Shown: positions 24,128 through 38,844, counted from the first letter of the stretch. The stretch: DNA of 64,000 bases from Narcine bancroftii (GCF_036971445.1 NC_091477.1:110856001-110920000); one strand, 5' to 3'. A program made the numbers and translations. Notes: generated by a model not told the origin, from the letters alone.

Positions 24128-26567
24128 GTTTAAGATTAAAGATGACAAATTATGGAAGGATTGAAATTATTGGATTTGTAGCTGAAAGGATTATTGGTTT
24201 AAATGAACAACATATTATCCTTTGATCAAATGAAATTGTGAAATTTGAGGATATGATCTGTTTCCTGCATCTATGGTGTTAGATATTTTAAAACTAGTTT
24301 AAGGAAGAGGTGGACCTGATTCTAACATGAGTAGTAGAAAATATATTAATGGGAAACCTAATAGTATTGACAGGCAAGCTTAACTTTGGAATTACTGAGT
24401 TTAGTTTACCTGTTGAGAAAGTATGTATGAGGTGGGGAGAAGTTGTTCCCCAGTTGTAGTAAAATCTTAACTGCATTTAGGATTTTGCTACAAATATCAA
24501 ACCAACCAGCTGTTTCAAGTTTGGGTTTGTTGTAATTTATCACATTTGAAGAGGAGGATGGGAAAATGTTCATCTAAATTGCATAATTCGGGTGTGTTGA
24601 ATTTAATCATAAATTTGACACAATGTAACAGGCTGCACTTTTTTCGTGGGCTTCTCCAATTGTACATATCAACATTGCCACATTGATTTTTTTTAAATTT
24701 GTATTGGTTAATTGTAGAAAAGTACCAGTAAGTTAACTCAACCAACATTTTATTTATCTTCAGTAGCTCTGAAACAAACTTGTTCTGGCTTACACTGATT
24801 TTCATGGAAACTCATCAGAAAAACAGCCTGATATTCCAAAAGTCTGATCCTTCATCATAATTCCCAAGAATTTTCTATTTTGTTAAGTTCAATTGAGTAG
24901 ACCAGGAATGGGATGTAGCATTGATAATTTAAAATTTAGGATTTGAAAATAAATTTTCACCTTTTTTAATTAAAAGCTTTCCAGAAATCAAAAATTAGAA
25001 CTTATTTAAGAAGACCTCTATCACATATTTCACAATGAACTTCATGCTTTTAGTATTTAGAAAACTTGAGTATAATTATATATAATGGCCTGTGCAGAAA
25101 CCGAGCCTTCTCCAACAGGGTGGCATTAACATCAACTTTTCTGGTTTCTGTTAGGCCACTCCCCTGTCTCCTCTCTTCCCCATCCCTCTGTCTCTTTTCC
25201 TACTGCTCTCCAATCCCTCATTCTCCATTCAGAGAGCTATCCCCTGCTCTTATTGCTTCTCAGCTTTTTTTCTCTTGTGCCTGCCCACCCTGTGGGCCGA
25301 TGCTCCTCCCCACTCCGTTTTATTCAGGCCCCTGCGTGTATTTCGCTGAAACGTTGGTTATTTATCTTTGCTATAGAAAGAATGCTGAGTGGCTTGCTGA
25401 GTTTCTTCAGCAATTCTGTATAATCTTCCAATAAAACACTTGACTGAACTACATTTTTTTGGCTGGATGGAAAGGGTAGAAATCAGTGATCATGTCAAAG
25501 TACCATCCTCACCTGATGATCACTGGGCCAGAAAGAACTAGTGGTGGATACACAAGCTGCCCTTTCTATTTTACTTTTTGCCTCTTTGCTATTCTTTCAT
25601 TTGGTTTTATCCTGTCCAGTGACTAATGGCCTCCAGGATTCTGTGCCCATTATGTGATGTCTCTGTTTAATTTTGGCCATACCTTGTGTTCTGGTATATT
25701 TTGTCCATGTTTCCGCTTCTGTACATACCAACTTTCAATTCTACATTTGACGATTATGATATTGTCAGTTGCCAGTCTTCAATCCAGTACCAGCTTTTGC
25801 TGACAGTAACTGGTTGTGACGAATTCTTCATCTCTTAAGCTGTTGTATTTCTGCAAAGATTTATTTTTTTCAATGGTGCATCCCAACTGAATATTTACTG
25901 TGTCTAAAATCCAAAGGATAATTATTTTAAAGATTTTTTTTTAACTTTAGTTTTGCTGACATTTTGCTATCAATGTAATGGCATTTTCATCATTCATTGA
26001 CACTAAATGACACTTAAGGAGAGATAATTAGCTTAAGTAACACGTGCAGATTTAACTTGTAAAGTTGTTTTGAATATGGCTATTTATAAACAGTTAAGCA
26101 CTATGTATTATTATAAATAATGGCAGTAAAGCCAAGAGAATCTCTGATGTGTCTGATTCAGAGTCGATTGAAATGTGTCCATAGATTAACTGTAAATGAT
26201 TTTGATTTGTGATTAGTTGCTTAAAAATAACCTACTAAAGTAGTGGATTGAACTCGTGAGAGAAAAGGATAGATAATTTTTATACAGTATTATTATTGCT
26301 ACTAGGGATGAAATGTACTCTGTTGGGATTCTCTTGGCATTCATTGCCCACGTTTTTCTGAAGAAAATAGTGATCCATGCGTTGTTGATATTTTGAAAAT
26401 TAAAACTAGGCAGATTTAAAAAGTGCAACTACAAATCAAGCTTAATGCATGCTATTATTAAGAACTAGGAAATACGTACTCTTCAAAATAACTCATGAAA
26501 CTTGTCTAGTTCTGTCTGAATCTGATTTCCATGTTTTTCTCTTGCTCTGTTCTGTACACATGAACAG

Positions 26568-26732
26568 CGTGACACCAGCCCCACAACCTCAGCCTCGTCT
26601 TTATCCTCCACTCATCTCCTCTGAAGATGGACCAAACGCATACTCTCCTCATGGCATTTTGTCAGTAATCCACTCTACCACCCGTAGGGCCTACCAGCAA
26701 GTCATGGACATGCTAGATGAAAATCGCAGAAG
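26568..26732 (+). CDS. MFF: MFF exon (alternatively spliced in mammals)
   Basis: aacag|C...AG|gtgatt. VTPAPQPQPRLYPPLISSEDGPNAYSPHGILSVIHSTTRRAYQQVMDMLDENRR. Confidence 0.93.
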
Positions 26733-29700
26733 GTGATTGGCTGTTGGACTTGTTTTTTGCTGTAATACAGTTGAGGTTGCTAATTGTTTTCCACAGGCTT
26801 TCCCTCATGTATGCATTTACAAACAGTTACTGGTGTCTCGAATTATGTAGATACTTGTAAGGTGGGTCCAAAATTTACCTTTAACTAATTAGTAGCAAGT
26901 GTATACCTGTACTTGTTTCAGAAACTTCCCTCCACTGAGTTCATTATCAATTAGTGGAATGACATAGAATTTAGGGGCAAATTACATGCTGCCTTGAATG
27001 AAAGAAGCAGATTCTCAAAAGAGAAACCAAAGTGGATTCCATCTTTTTTTAAAAAAAAAACATCCCTTCTATTTAGTGAAGCAGAGGGCTTTATGACCTT
27101 CCTGATGTGGGATAGAGGTTATCCCAGTTTTTGCCATCATCAAAACAATTAGGCATGTTTTAGAAAGATCCATCGATGCTTCACACTTTCCCCATCCTAA
27201 ATGTTACAGATTGTGTCTACTAATAAACCTTCTGACTCCTCACCTCAGAGCTGGAGAAATCCATATCTAGGAGAGGGCTTTGAGAACTTCCTCACTCTTC
27301 CAGACAATTAAGGATACCACGGTAGTTGAAAGCCCTCTTAGTTAACCTTCAGGTTTATTACTACAAATATTGTCTTTCACAGTAATTTATCCAAGATTGA
27401 TTATTATTGTTCAGGCCCTCACAACCAGATTGTGAAAAAAATTTTTCCCCCCTCCCAAGCCATGAGGCTTCTGAACCCTGGGGACACAGGGCTAGCATAT
27501 GTAACATTATATTTATAAGTGAAATGTTATTTATATTTTTTTTTTAAAGTTTCTGATTTAAATTACCAGCTCCAAGGTCTGGAGAAATGCTATCTCATTT
27601 TCACTGTATACTGTAATGATCATGGTATGAACGATAAATAAACGTGACTTGACTAATTTACTTGGGCACCCCTAAACTAAGTTTAAAAAAAAGTTAGGCA
27701 AGGTTATTGCTTTTTAATTCTGCAATAAAGCTGAGTACGTAAAGTGTGAGATGTTGTTACAGATTATATGTTATGTATTTCAAGTCAGAATGGTGAGTGA
27801 AAGTGAGGGTCTCACATCAACTCTGCTTTTTTATGGCAGAAATTGCGTGTAAGGCAGCTGCTATGGTAGTAGCCTAAATTATTTCTATATACCTCTATCC
27901 CACATCAGGAAGGTCATTAAGCCCTCTGCTTCTTCCCAGAACAACGATCCAACCACCTTTCCCTCCTCCCTACACTCATCTGCCGAGCAGAACTCATTTT
28001 CACGCTGAATAACTTTTTTTTAATACTTCCATTTCATACAAATGATAGGTGCAGACATGGGCACTCACACTGGTCCAAGGGATGCCTGCCCTTTTGTTGG
28101 CGACGTGGAATAGTCCTTGTCCAAAACCTACCCCGTCACTACCCACAACTCTTTTTCAGTTGCATCTTAATTTTCATCCTATTCTTATTTTGTTGCAATG
28201 GTGCTTGAATGAAAAAGGTTATCCAATCACTAGACCCCAATGATTCATTACATTTGTATATTAGATCATTATAGGGATGTTTATTTACATTCCCTGAAAC
28301 AAAGTATAAATAATGAAATAATTTTTTTTGTGAAATGTATATTTTCTCACGACACAAAAGGCAGCCATCAAGTCCAGTGAGGCTGTGCTCGCTCTCAGAA
28401 ATGCCATCAATCACATTCCCCCTCTAATCTTCTATCTTGTTCGCATGCCAGTCTTCTATTGTTGCTGAGTTTAAATCATGGATCTTGTCCCCAAGCAGCA
28501 TTTTAGCAGTTCAAACAGGTTTGTCTTCAATGCTCTTTGAGGATGAACTGTGGGTGAGCAATAAATGCTAGTCTTGACATCAATGACCATATACTGAAAA
28601 ATGAATTGTTTTTTTTTAAAAAAACACCTGTTTTCTTTAGTAGGGCATGATGTGAAAGTATGACTGGATGGCCTGATGTGTGTGGCAGAAATCCTCATTT
28701 TATGTAGCAGCTGGATAACCACTTGAAGCTTTGTAATATGTAGTACCACCCAAATCCAGAATGTGAGCTGTGATTATCATAATAGATTGTTGTAACGTGT
28801 GCCATAAATTTCTTTGTCTGTAACCATTGGTTTTATTAAGTTAGATTAAGATATATATTTCTCAGGTGCAATTTAAATCAATTTCCTGAGGCCAATGTAC
28901 AATTCTAAGGTACAAGAACTAAACTTTTGAGCATTAACACTTTTTAAATAGCTCTCACCACTACCAGGAAACTTCCTGAATCATCATTATTTACAAGCCA
29001 TACCTAACCTGTTGTGGCCATTTTGAAAGGCACAATGGTCCACACATGATGCTTTCATTTATTGAAAATTGTTTTTCTTAGTGGTTATCTACAGTTACTG
29101 GATGCTGTTTAGCAATACCTTATGCCCTTCAGCAGTTTTGGAATAAATAGTATTTGGGTACTCTTTTCAACTTGTATGGGTGGAGGGAAACAAACAGGAA
29201 CAGACGATACAGCCCCTTGCACTTCGTTCTATGTTCAGTGAATTCAGTTGATCATGCATTCCCTACTAGATTTCTCCTACTGATCCATAAAAAAGCCTGT
29301 TTGAAAACTCCATGATATCATTAGCTTCAAAGTTATTTTAAACTCAGTCAGCAAGATTACTGTTCAGATCAACCCAGCAAAAAAGAGTAGGGTGCTCATT
29401 TTTGAGGATGAATAGAATAATTGTGCTTTGACGCCAACTTCATATCAGTTTATCAAATATTCAACTCTGGTAAGAAAAACCAAGCTGGTGTGGTTTTAGG
29501 GTGTGTTTCAAGCATGGTGTTGCAGGAATAGCATGTACCTATTTTGTACAAATTTAACGCTCCAGAGTTTATTTATAAATCCATTACCTATATTATTTAA
29601 GGGGATTCATGAAGATGTGTTTAGTACATAAAGGTGAATTTTGGACCTGTCTGTCCTGCCCATGATATTGTGTTACCTCATTCACCTTATTTAATTAATA

Positions 29701-30877
29701 TTTAAATATTTGGTTTCTAAACATTTGTAGGAGGGAATATTCTGATAGTGTTCACTGGCAAAGATGTAACTTTTATTCAAGCTGGAAGCTTTACTCATTA
29801 ATCATAAAATACATTGCTGGCCATTTGTTTGCTGCTGCTAAATGATGTCCTGTCTTGAGAAGGATTGACCAACATGCAACTCGTATGGGGCAGTCCACAA
29901 CAGAATTCTTGTTCTCAAAAATCATGTAACAGATTTTCCTTTAGTTATTATGATCCCAAGTCGAACAGAATTTGGCATTTTAAACATAGGAATGAAACTT
30001 AGTCCAAAGCCTTTTCTCTACCCATCCTTGCTAGTGAGCCAAATCATAAAATTTGCTTAGAACATGGCAAAACAAAGCAGCATATTATTGTAATTCACAA
30101 ATCCAGTTTTCTTTCTGTGAGCCAGAGAGATGTGCCCGGTTTGTAAAACTTGTGAGAGAGTGGTTGCACACTTGCCTTCAACATAGTATAAAAAATTGAA
30201 TGAAATCACAGACTGAGTGATGAAGGTAAAGTTGTTTTTGGAACATTTCAACAGTTTGTTTCATATGCTGTATGTCTTTTTCTTGTAGCTTATTGAATAT
30301 GCACTCTTCAGGCCCTCTGCCACCTCTTGAGTGCTTTTTGAACACCCGGAGGAAACCTTGTTCATTATAAAGCATTTGATAATAGCATTAATTTGACTGC
30401 ACATTATTTTATGAGAACATTGTATGCTATAGAGACTCCAATCCTGTCATGAAGCTTTGCTGTATGTAACTGAATGTCATTGTCAGGTGGTGGAGAATAA
30501 TCATATGGCCTATGGAAACTGATAATTTGGTTCAGAATCTGTGGATGCAACTGGTAATTTTGTTAGTTATTCCAATAGTAGTGATAGCATATAGAATAGC
30601 TTGAAAGGCTGCATTGTGGAAGATTCATGGAGCTAGTGTTAAGATTGTATTTTTTTTTTAATTCACCGAGGAACAACTTTGTTTTCATAAAATAAAGTGC
30701 ATTCACATTTCTATGTTCTATATAAATGCAGCATTTATTTGTGTTATGCAGACATCATTATCTTTTGATAATCTGCAACCTATCCAAGTCTATGTGTACT
30801 TATTCTGGTCTTTTAGTCATTCTGCACCCTGAATACTCTCATCTGTCCTATTATCTTTTTTACCCCCTGGAAACTAG

Positions 30878-30940
30878 AACAGTACTTCGTGGAGGGTCAA
30901 CTTGTGCTACTTCATCTAACCCTTTGCTTGACAGTTCCAG
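30878..30940 (+). CDS. MFF: MFF exon (alternatively spliced in mammals)
   Basis: ctag|A...AG|gtaaat. TVLRGGSTCATSSNPLLDSSR. Confidence 0.9.
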
Positions 30941-32490
30941 GTAAATATGGCCATTTGTAGCCTTTATTGTAGCCCTATGTCCTATTCTCTTTTCAGTTTT
31001 GGAAATTATTTCTCACAAAAAAAAAGTTGAAGTCTAAGTTTACAAACCCAAGGGGAATTATTGGGAAAAACTCAGCAGGTCAAGCAGCATCTGTGAAGGT
31101 AGGAGCATATGACAGGTAGTGTCAGTGACTTCCATAAGAACAAGGAAAAGTTAGAAAACTAGCTTGTTTTAAATTGCAGAGAAGACCGAGGTGACAATGG
31201 AATAAAAGGGATGTCCATAATTGGGTTGATGGTGTTGAGTGTTGACCAAGAGGGGAGACAGACTGTTTGTTAATTGCAACTGGGATATCTGAAGGGGATC
31301 AACATATAGTGGAAGATGGATAGCCAGGATAGTTAATGTTTTGGGTTGAGACCCAGCATCAGGGCTGAGAGTGTAAAGGGGGGATAACCAGTATAAAGAT
31401 GAGAAAGGGAGGGGTGAAACGGGGGCTGGTAGGCAGTAGGTGAGACCAGGTGAGGAAGGAGATGGGCAGATGGAACCAGTGGGGTAGGAGGAGAGGAAGG
31501 GTGAGGGGTTGAGTTGCCTGTGATAGGTAGAGAACCTAAAAGAGGGAAAACAGGGCAGATGGAGTAAAGATGGTTGGAAGATGATGTATTGAAATGCATG
31601 AGGCTGGAGATACTGAGTTAGCATTACTAGTTGATAACTTTGGATGTGAACTGGCCAAGCTGGATAGCTAAAATGAGTGGCATGGTTGCGCAACACCGTT
31701 GAGGCACCAGCAACTAAGATTTGAATCTGGAGCTGTCTGTAGGTGTTTGTTTATTCCCACTGTGACTGTGTGTATTTCCTCTAGATACTCTGGTTTCCTC
31801 CCACTCTTCAAAATGTACAGGGGTTATAGGTGAATTGGGGTATTTGGGTGGCATGGGGTCGTGGGCAGGATTGGGCTGCACGGTTGTTTGTCTAAACTAG
31901 TCAAATTCAGAGCTGAGTCCCAAGGACAGTAAACATGATTACACTGATAATGAGTTATTATTTGAGATTGTGTTGGCCTTGGTTGGTTCAGTGCAAGAGG
32001 CCAAAGAGAGATAGATCAGAGGATGGTGAGCAACCTAACGCTCACAATTTCCCTTGTTGACTGAAGTGAAGTGTTTGGCAGTGTCACCAAATCTGTGCTT
32101 GACTTCTCTGTTGTGTAGAAAACTACATCATAAGGAGTGAATTAAAACTAAATTGAAAGAAATAAAATTGAATTATAGCTTTGTGATTAATATTTGGGAG
32201 CCTGGATGGTGGGAAGGGAAGAGGTAAAAGGGCAGGCATGCATTTGAGAGGTGCAGATGTAGATCAAAGTGAAGGGGTGAACCAGGGAGATGTGGAGTGT
32301 TGCAGATTTAGAATAGTGGAAGATGAGGGGAAATTTGCCTGTTGGTGATTTCTCTCATTTGAAGTTGTGAGAAATTATGGAGAATGATCCATTGAATGAG
32401 GAACTTTGGGCTGAAAGGTTAGAACAAGAGGGATCTTATGGTTGCTGTGGGTGGAAGGAGAAGAAATGAGACCATAAGTGTGAGATAGAA

Positions 32491-32746
32491 GGGCGGCACG
32501 GTTGGCGGAGCAGTTAGTGCAACGTCTTTACAGTACCAGCAATCAGGACAGGGGTTCAAATCCAGTGCTGTCTATAAGGATTTGGTACATTGTCCCCATG
32601 TCTGCCTGAAATTTCTCCGGGGGCTCCAGTTTTCTCCCACCATTCAAAACTTACTGGGGATGTAGGTTAATGGGGTGTAAATTGGGCAGCGTGGACTCTT
32701 GGGGTGAAATGGCCTGTTACCGTGCTGTATGTCTAAATTGAAATTT
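32491..32746 (+). mobile_element. tRNA-derived SINE (V-SINE/HE1-like), full length
   Basis: GGGCGGCACGGTTGGC head, GGTTCAAATCC B-box, conserved core, TCTAAATTGAAATTT tail, ATAGAA on both flanks. Other copies near 31675-31895 and 35480-35660. Confidence 0.8.
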
Positions 32747-33913
32747 ATATAGAACAGATAAAGTTAAGAGCTCCGCTAGCCGTTGTGGGGGAAAAGCCAT
32801 GATTGAGGAAGAAAGAAGGTGTCTCGAGAACATGGAAAGTGGCAGAACAAATCAGATAGAGCCAGAGACACTTGAAGGAACAGCGGATGGTCAGCAAAGG
32901 CATGGGAATCCTTGAGTATCTGATGAAAATTGGTTGGAAACCAATAACCTAAAATTAAGATAGTGAACTCTAGAAAGGAAAGGGAGAAGCCAGGAGTGGA
33001 AAGCAGAGGGAAAATTACAGATTGTTTTTGTTCACTGCATCTGTGATTTCAATTTTATTTAGAAGTCATAGTGAAGGTAGTTTCTTCCAGCAAATGACTT
33101 ACAAATAATAATTTGGTGATTAAAATTAATCGAACAGCATCTTTAAATTAAGCAATACAAGTAGCAAAGTGTGATATGGCAGTTTAGAGATTAAGAATTT
33201 GAATAATAATACGTTAATAATAGATTGCAATGTCTTGCATGTTGTGTGTATGCTGGAGCTGAAATCTGGTCTGACAGCAATGTATGAAAGTGCATGACGT
33301 GAAATTGTCTGCTTTTATTTTTCGTAAAGTGCAAGATGCAAACACATTATTTAACCATATTCTCGTTTATCTGCTTGAGAGTCTTGAATAATTGTGTTTG
33401 TTTTTAGTGTTGCAAGTAGAAGCAAGAATTAAGTATTAAAATTTATTCCAGAACATTTCTAGATAGAATAGAAAGTATTTTGAAATTTATTTTCATGAAA
33501 GTTTACTGTAGAGGTGGCACGCAAAATTTGCTGAGGTCAAATGGATGGCTGCAAATTTCTGTTTGGTGAAAACTAGGTGGCTTCTAGCCTATGTCCACTG
33601 ACTGGAACTGTATGTCTTGTACAGAATATAAACACTTTATTCACTTTTTTAACATTAGTCGGTGATCATGTTCTTGATAAATAATGAGTGTCTCATTGCC
33701 TCGCTAAAGAGAACTAATTCCTCCAGTCATACATTTTATTCCATTTCTGGCAATAATTATACTGTTCCCTTGCTATGGAAGTGAATACAGACGGATGATG
33801 AATATAAAACAATCTTAAATGATTTCACCTGCAGATTATTTCTGCTTCGATAAAGCTAAATAAAAGGAATTGTGCTCACATTCAAATTAGCAATAATCTA
33901 ATTTTGTCTGTAG

Positions 33914-33998
33914 ATACAGCCTTTCCAACTGTGAACCTACATTGGAAGGAACACAAGATGATGTGGCTCTTGTGGATTCTGTTTCCTTACGAAGACAG
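33914..33998 (+). CDS. MFF: MFF penultimate exon
   Basis: tgtag|A...CAG|gtacag. YSLSNCEPTLEGTQDDVALVDSVSLRRQ. Confidence 0.93.
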
Positions 33999-34619
33999 GT
34001 ACAGAACTATATTAATTAACAAACTCTGTCTTGCCAATAATGAGTAGATTAATATGGTAATTGTGTGGGATACTAGCAAGTTATTGGAGGAGCGTCATTG
34101 ACAGTTGCTTGGTTGGTCCCAGAAATTCCGTTCCCTCCCCATACACAAATGCCTATCTGAAAATAAAGATTCTTTACAACTTGCATCATATTAGACTTCA
34201 AGTTAAGCCTTTACTCATTATGCCCATTCTTAAGACAGAAACGTAAGGGAGTACAGATACTGGAATCAGTTTTTCTATACAGGATCTCAGCACAAAGCAT
34301 CAGCTATCCTCTCACTTTTGTGAACGTTGTTTGACCTGCTGTGTTCCTCCAATTATCAAGACCACCAACTTCCACCCTCAAAACACCCCAGAACAATTCT
34401 TCCCATTTGTTACATGCAGGCCTGATTGCTCCAACATACTCCTATCCACCTTCTATCATCCTTCAAAAGCTTCAGGCTGCCATATAATATCTCTGCTGAG
34501 ACCCATTCACTTATCAGCTGACTTACACTGGTTCTCTATTAAATAATCTTTTAACTTTAAAAAAAAAAAAAAAATTCTGGTCCTTGTTTTCAATTTCCTC
34601 TTTGACTCGCTTGTCTTAG

Positions 34620-35213
34620 GAGTTGGGAGGTGATGTTGAGATTGTATAAGACGTTGGTGCGGCCTAATTTGGAGTTCTGCGTGCAGTTCTGGTCGCCTAA
34701 TTATAGGAAGGATATAAACAGAGTGGAGAGAGTGCAGAGAAGGTTTACCAGAATGTTACCTGGGTTTAAGCATCTAGAGTATAGGGAGAGATTGGACAGA
34801 TTAGGTCTTTATTCTTTGGAGCATAGAAGGTTGAGAGGGGATTTGATAGAAGTATTTAAGATTATGAAAGGGATAGACAGAGTGGATGTGGATAAACTAT
34901 TTCCGTTAAGAGGAGGAAAGATTAAAACAAGAGGACATGAGTTAAGAATTAAGGGGCAGAGGTTTAGAGGTAACATGAGGGGGAACTTCTTTACTCAGAG
35001 AGTGGTAGCCGTGTGGAATGAGCTTCCGGGAGAAAGAGTGGCGGCGGAGTCAATTGTATTATTTAAGAAAAGGTTGGATAGGTATATGGATGAGAAGAAG
35101 ATGGAGGGTTATGGGCATTGTGCAGAGAGGTGGGACTAGAGAGGGGTGTTTGGTTCGGTGCGGACTAGAAGGGCCTAATGGCCTGTTTCCGTCCTGTAAA
35201 TTGTTATGTTTAT
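34620..35213 (+). mobile_element. Young 5'-truncated CR1 (HER1-like) LINE
   Basis: Uninterrupted ORF2 C-terminus LYKTLVRPNLEFCVQFWSP...RRLRGDLIEVFKI...TRGH...FFTQRVV..WNELP, then 3' UTR and microsatellite-like tail. Confidence 0.93.
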
Positions 35214-35938
35214 GCTATCTCAAGCCACAAAACTCTGATAATATATACATTTTTGAATTTGTATCGCTTGATCATTTCCAAATTCACCTACTGTTGCCGT
35301 AATTTCTGGCTTTTCCGCAACAAATTCTTTATTTGCTTTTTTTTCTCATCAAGAATATTTTTATTGAATTTTACATAAATATTGGTTTAAAACTTTCCTT
35401 AGACTAAGTTCTTGATTAAGCTTTTGGTCAGTTGGTTTAATACCAGTGATGCATTATGGGTTAATTAATCAGCACATCTTCCAACGACTGGGAACTTGAA
35501 TCCCATGCTGTCTGTAAGGAGCTTGTATGTCCTCCCCATATCTCCGTGGGTTTCCTCCCACCATTCAAAACGTACCAGGGTTACATGTAAATTGGATGTA
35601 ATTGGGTGGCATGGGCTCGTGGGGCAAAAGGGCGTTACCATACTGTATGTCTAAATTTAAAATGTAATAAATTTAATTTGGATTTTATTTGATAGAATAT
35701 CTATGAAGTCTTTTGATGTTTTTCTCTATTAGGGAAGAATGAACAAATAAGCTTTTTTTGTGGGTCTTTTTAGAATTTTCCAAGAAAGGAAAGAAGATAA
35801 TGCTTTTGCTATCATCTCTTTTGCTCCCAGTTAACTAGAACAATCTTCTAAGTAAAATACTGTGTAAATTCTTGTTTTCTTTAAACTATATCAAACAGGA
35901 ATTGTATCAAATTTCTCTCAACTTCATATTTCTTTCAG

Positions 35939-36070
35939 ATAATTAAGCTGAATCGTCGCCTTCAGCTTCTAGAGGAAGAAAGCCGAGAACGTACTCGACG
36001 GGAAATCATTGTGTACTCTATCACCGTGGGGTTCTGGTTGATCAATAGTTGGCTCTGGTTCCGACGCTGA
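35939..36070 (+). CDS. MFF: MFF last exon (coiled coil and tail-anchor TM)
   Basis: tttcag|ATA. IIKLNRRLQLLEEESRERTRREIIVYSITVGFWLINSWLWFRR*. Candidate polyA signal ATTAAA near 37023. Confidence 0.97.
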   Translation: MIKLNRRLQLLEEESRERTRREIIVYSITVGFWLINSWLWFRR

Positions 36071-38076
36071 ATGAGCACTGCATCAACCATATCTTCTGCT
36101 GAATATTTTTCTCAAAAACAGTTGGTGATACAAAGGGTCAAAGATTGTTTTTGCCTCTTCTGTACCATGTAGGCTTTCTCCAGGCACTGATTGCTCCCGC
36201 CATATAACACTGGGAAAGGAATCATGTGGACAAAAGAATATATTGTTGCCTCAGATTTAAATATTTATTCCCTTACTTTATTGAAACTCATTTTGCATGT
36301 CTGTAATTAGGGAATGTGTAGCTTTCAGGATTTTTTTTAAAAACATGTATAAATGACTACATGTCCAGGAGAGCATCACAAAACATGACAGGGAATGAAG
36401 TGCAAGGTGGTCTTTTTAAATTTTACTTTCTGTTGAGAAAAGTTAAATTTAAAGAAGTTGCAAGAGCTGTATATTGACATAATTCCCAAGAATTATATTT
36501 TTGTTCTATTTCATTGTGATATGAAATTGACTTTCTGGTTATGGGTCCTTCATATTTTTGTTTTGCATTGATTTTGAAAGGAATAATATCGGTCAAGGCA
36601 ATACAACTATCAACTGCAACAAAAATAGATCCCACTTTCATTGATTTTTAATACCACCATGTTCTGTGATCATTTTAAAATATGTGACTAATTGGGAAGT
36701 TTCCCCCAAAATTGTTCTGAGTATGCTTTCTTTAAATGCTGAAAGAGAACAGTCATTGCGTAGCCTTGACTTATAGTGTTCTGTTGAATCAAACAAGTGT
36801 TTACAGTGTATCTTTTTTGATCTTAACCTGCTGATGTACAAATTTAGTTTTGACATTGTATTAAAGATATTGAAGGAAAAGTGAATGCAAATATATTTAA
36901 AAATGTATTTCTGGATTAATGTTGTGTAAATCTTGGATGTGGTAAACTTTTTTCCTATTGTATCTTTTTATGTGAGCAAGCTTGCTGGGGGTTATCAGTA
37001 CAAACATTTATGTACATAATAGATTAAATACAATTTTGCTGTAAAGAAAATGAAATTTGAATACTGGGGTTTTTTTTCCTCCCTAGATCATGTGACAATT
37101 GTATTTTCTTTCGTTTATCAAAACCTGTCATATTTCCTGACCTCTCCAACATGTGTCATAACTGGCCAGTTTGAAGTGAAGGAAAACATGATAACCTTAT
37201 CTCCAACAATGCACCCTGGCCTCTTTCTCTTTCTGGCAATTGTTATGCTCTGCAATTCACAATCGCAGCAATTTATTTTTCTTATTTATCACCCTCTATT
37301 TAGGCTTTCATCAACCCCGCCAAGAGCATTTGCTCTGTAAAAGCACAATGCTGGACAAGCCCAGCAGGTCAAATAGTGCCCTTTATATAACAAAGATTTT
37401 TAAAAATTACCTTCATCAAGGTAAGGAAAACTGTAGGCCGGCATCTGAATAAAAAGGTAAAGAGTTGGGCATGGGGGAAGGAACATGGACATAAAGGGAG
37501 GAGGTAAAAGATGGAGAAGGGAATAAACAGGATGAGGAGGGGCAGATCAGAGACGATCCCGATCCTTTTGTTTACTCCTGCAAACCACCCTTTTTGTGCC
37601 ATTTTAAAAAAATGTTTTCTCACTTTCCCCAGTCTGGATGATGGGTCTCATTGACCTGTCATGACATTACCCAACTTGTCGGGTAATCTTAGGTATTCAA
37701 AGGAAAAACTTGTCCGATACACAATCCTTTATTCCCCTGCCCCCCCCCCCCCCCCCCCATTAGCAGCTATGTTCTCGGTGGTTCAGCCTTCTCCATCGAC
37801 CTTGCCTGTCTTCAAGGGCCATGTGAAACCCCACCCCAGCCGGACCAAAATGATAACCTTGATGAAGGGCTCAAGCACGAAATGCATGTTTATGTCATTG
37901 TTTGACCGGCTAAGTTTCTTCTCTGCCTATTCTATGTAGGACAGCACTTCAATTTCTCCATGCTTTTGTTTTTGCTTTGAATCCGTCCTTTTCAAATAAA
38001 CTCCAAACTAGTTAACCAGAGATTCGTGCAGCATCGACAGGCGAAGAAGCGTCCGATCCGCCGCAGATTTTCAAGC

Positions 38077-38844
38077 GCGCAGGCGCAAAGTTAGTGGGCG
38101 CCTGTGAGTCCGAGACGCGCAGGCGCGATTTAGGAGGTCGCTGGAGACTTTCGGTGCGCAGGCGCAATGTCAGGAGGTCGCTGGAGGCTTTCGGGGCGCA
38201 GGCGCTATATCCCGAGGTCGCTGGAGGCTTTCGGGGCGCAGGCGCAATGTCAGGAGGTCTCTGGAGGCTTTCGGGGCGCAGGCGCAATGCCAAGAGGTCG
38301 CTGGAGGCTTTCGGTGCGCAGGCGCAATGTCAGGAGGTCGCTGGAGGCTTTCGGTGCGCAGGCGCAATGTCAGGAGGTCTCTGGAGGCTTTCGGGGCGCA
38401 GGCGCAATGCCAAGAGGTCGCTGGAGGCTTTCGGTGCGCAGGCGCAATGTCAGGAGGTCTCTGGAGGCTTTCGGGGCGCAGGCGCAATGCCAAGAGGTCG
38501 CTGGAGGCTTTCGGTGCGCAGGCGCAATGTCAGGAGGTCGCTGGAGGCTTTCGGGGCGCAGGCGCACTGCCAAGAGGTCGCTGGAGGCTTTCGGTGCGCA
38601 GGCGCAATGTCAGGAGGTCGCTGGAGGCTTTCGGTGCGCAGGCGCAATGTCAGGAGGTCGCTGGAGGCTTTCGGTGCGCAGGCGCAATGTCAGGAGGTCG
38701 CTGGAGGCTTTCGGTGCGCAGGCGCAATGTCGAGGTCGCTAGAGGCTTTCGGTGCGCAGGCGCAATGTCAGGAGGTCGCTGGAGGCTTTCGGTGCGCAGG
38801 CGCAATGCCAGGAGGTCGCTGGAGGCTTTCGGGGCGCAGGCGCA
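38077..38844 (+). repeat. 40-bp GC-rich minisatellite in the MRPL44 promoter/5' UTR, one NRF1-type motif per unit
   Basis: Unit GCGCAGGCGCAATGTCAGGAGGTCGCTGGAGGCTTTCGGK. GCGCAGGCGC occurs 20 times at 38-40 bp spacing; the array ends 6 nt before the ATG. Confidence 0.95.

Noticed and set aside
25620-25660. Strong pyrimidine tract and CAG in the MFF intron as another cassette exon
   Set aside because: The required phase reads GAC TAA, an immediate stop. It could only be a poison exon and has no other support.
32491-32560. tRNA gene
   Set aside because: The A/B-box-like head belongs to a SINE; there is no full cloverleaf and it continues into the SINE core and tail.
38077-38844. CRISPR-like array
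   Set aside because: Units are contiguous with no unique spacers, there are no cas genes, and the context is vertebrate. It is a minisatellite.
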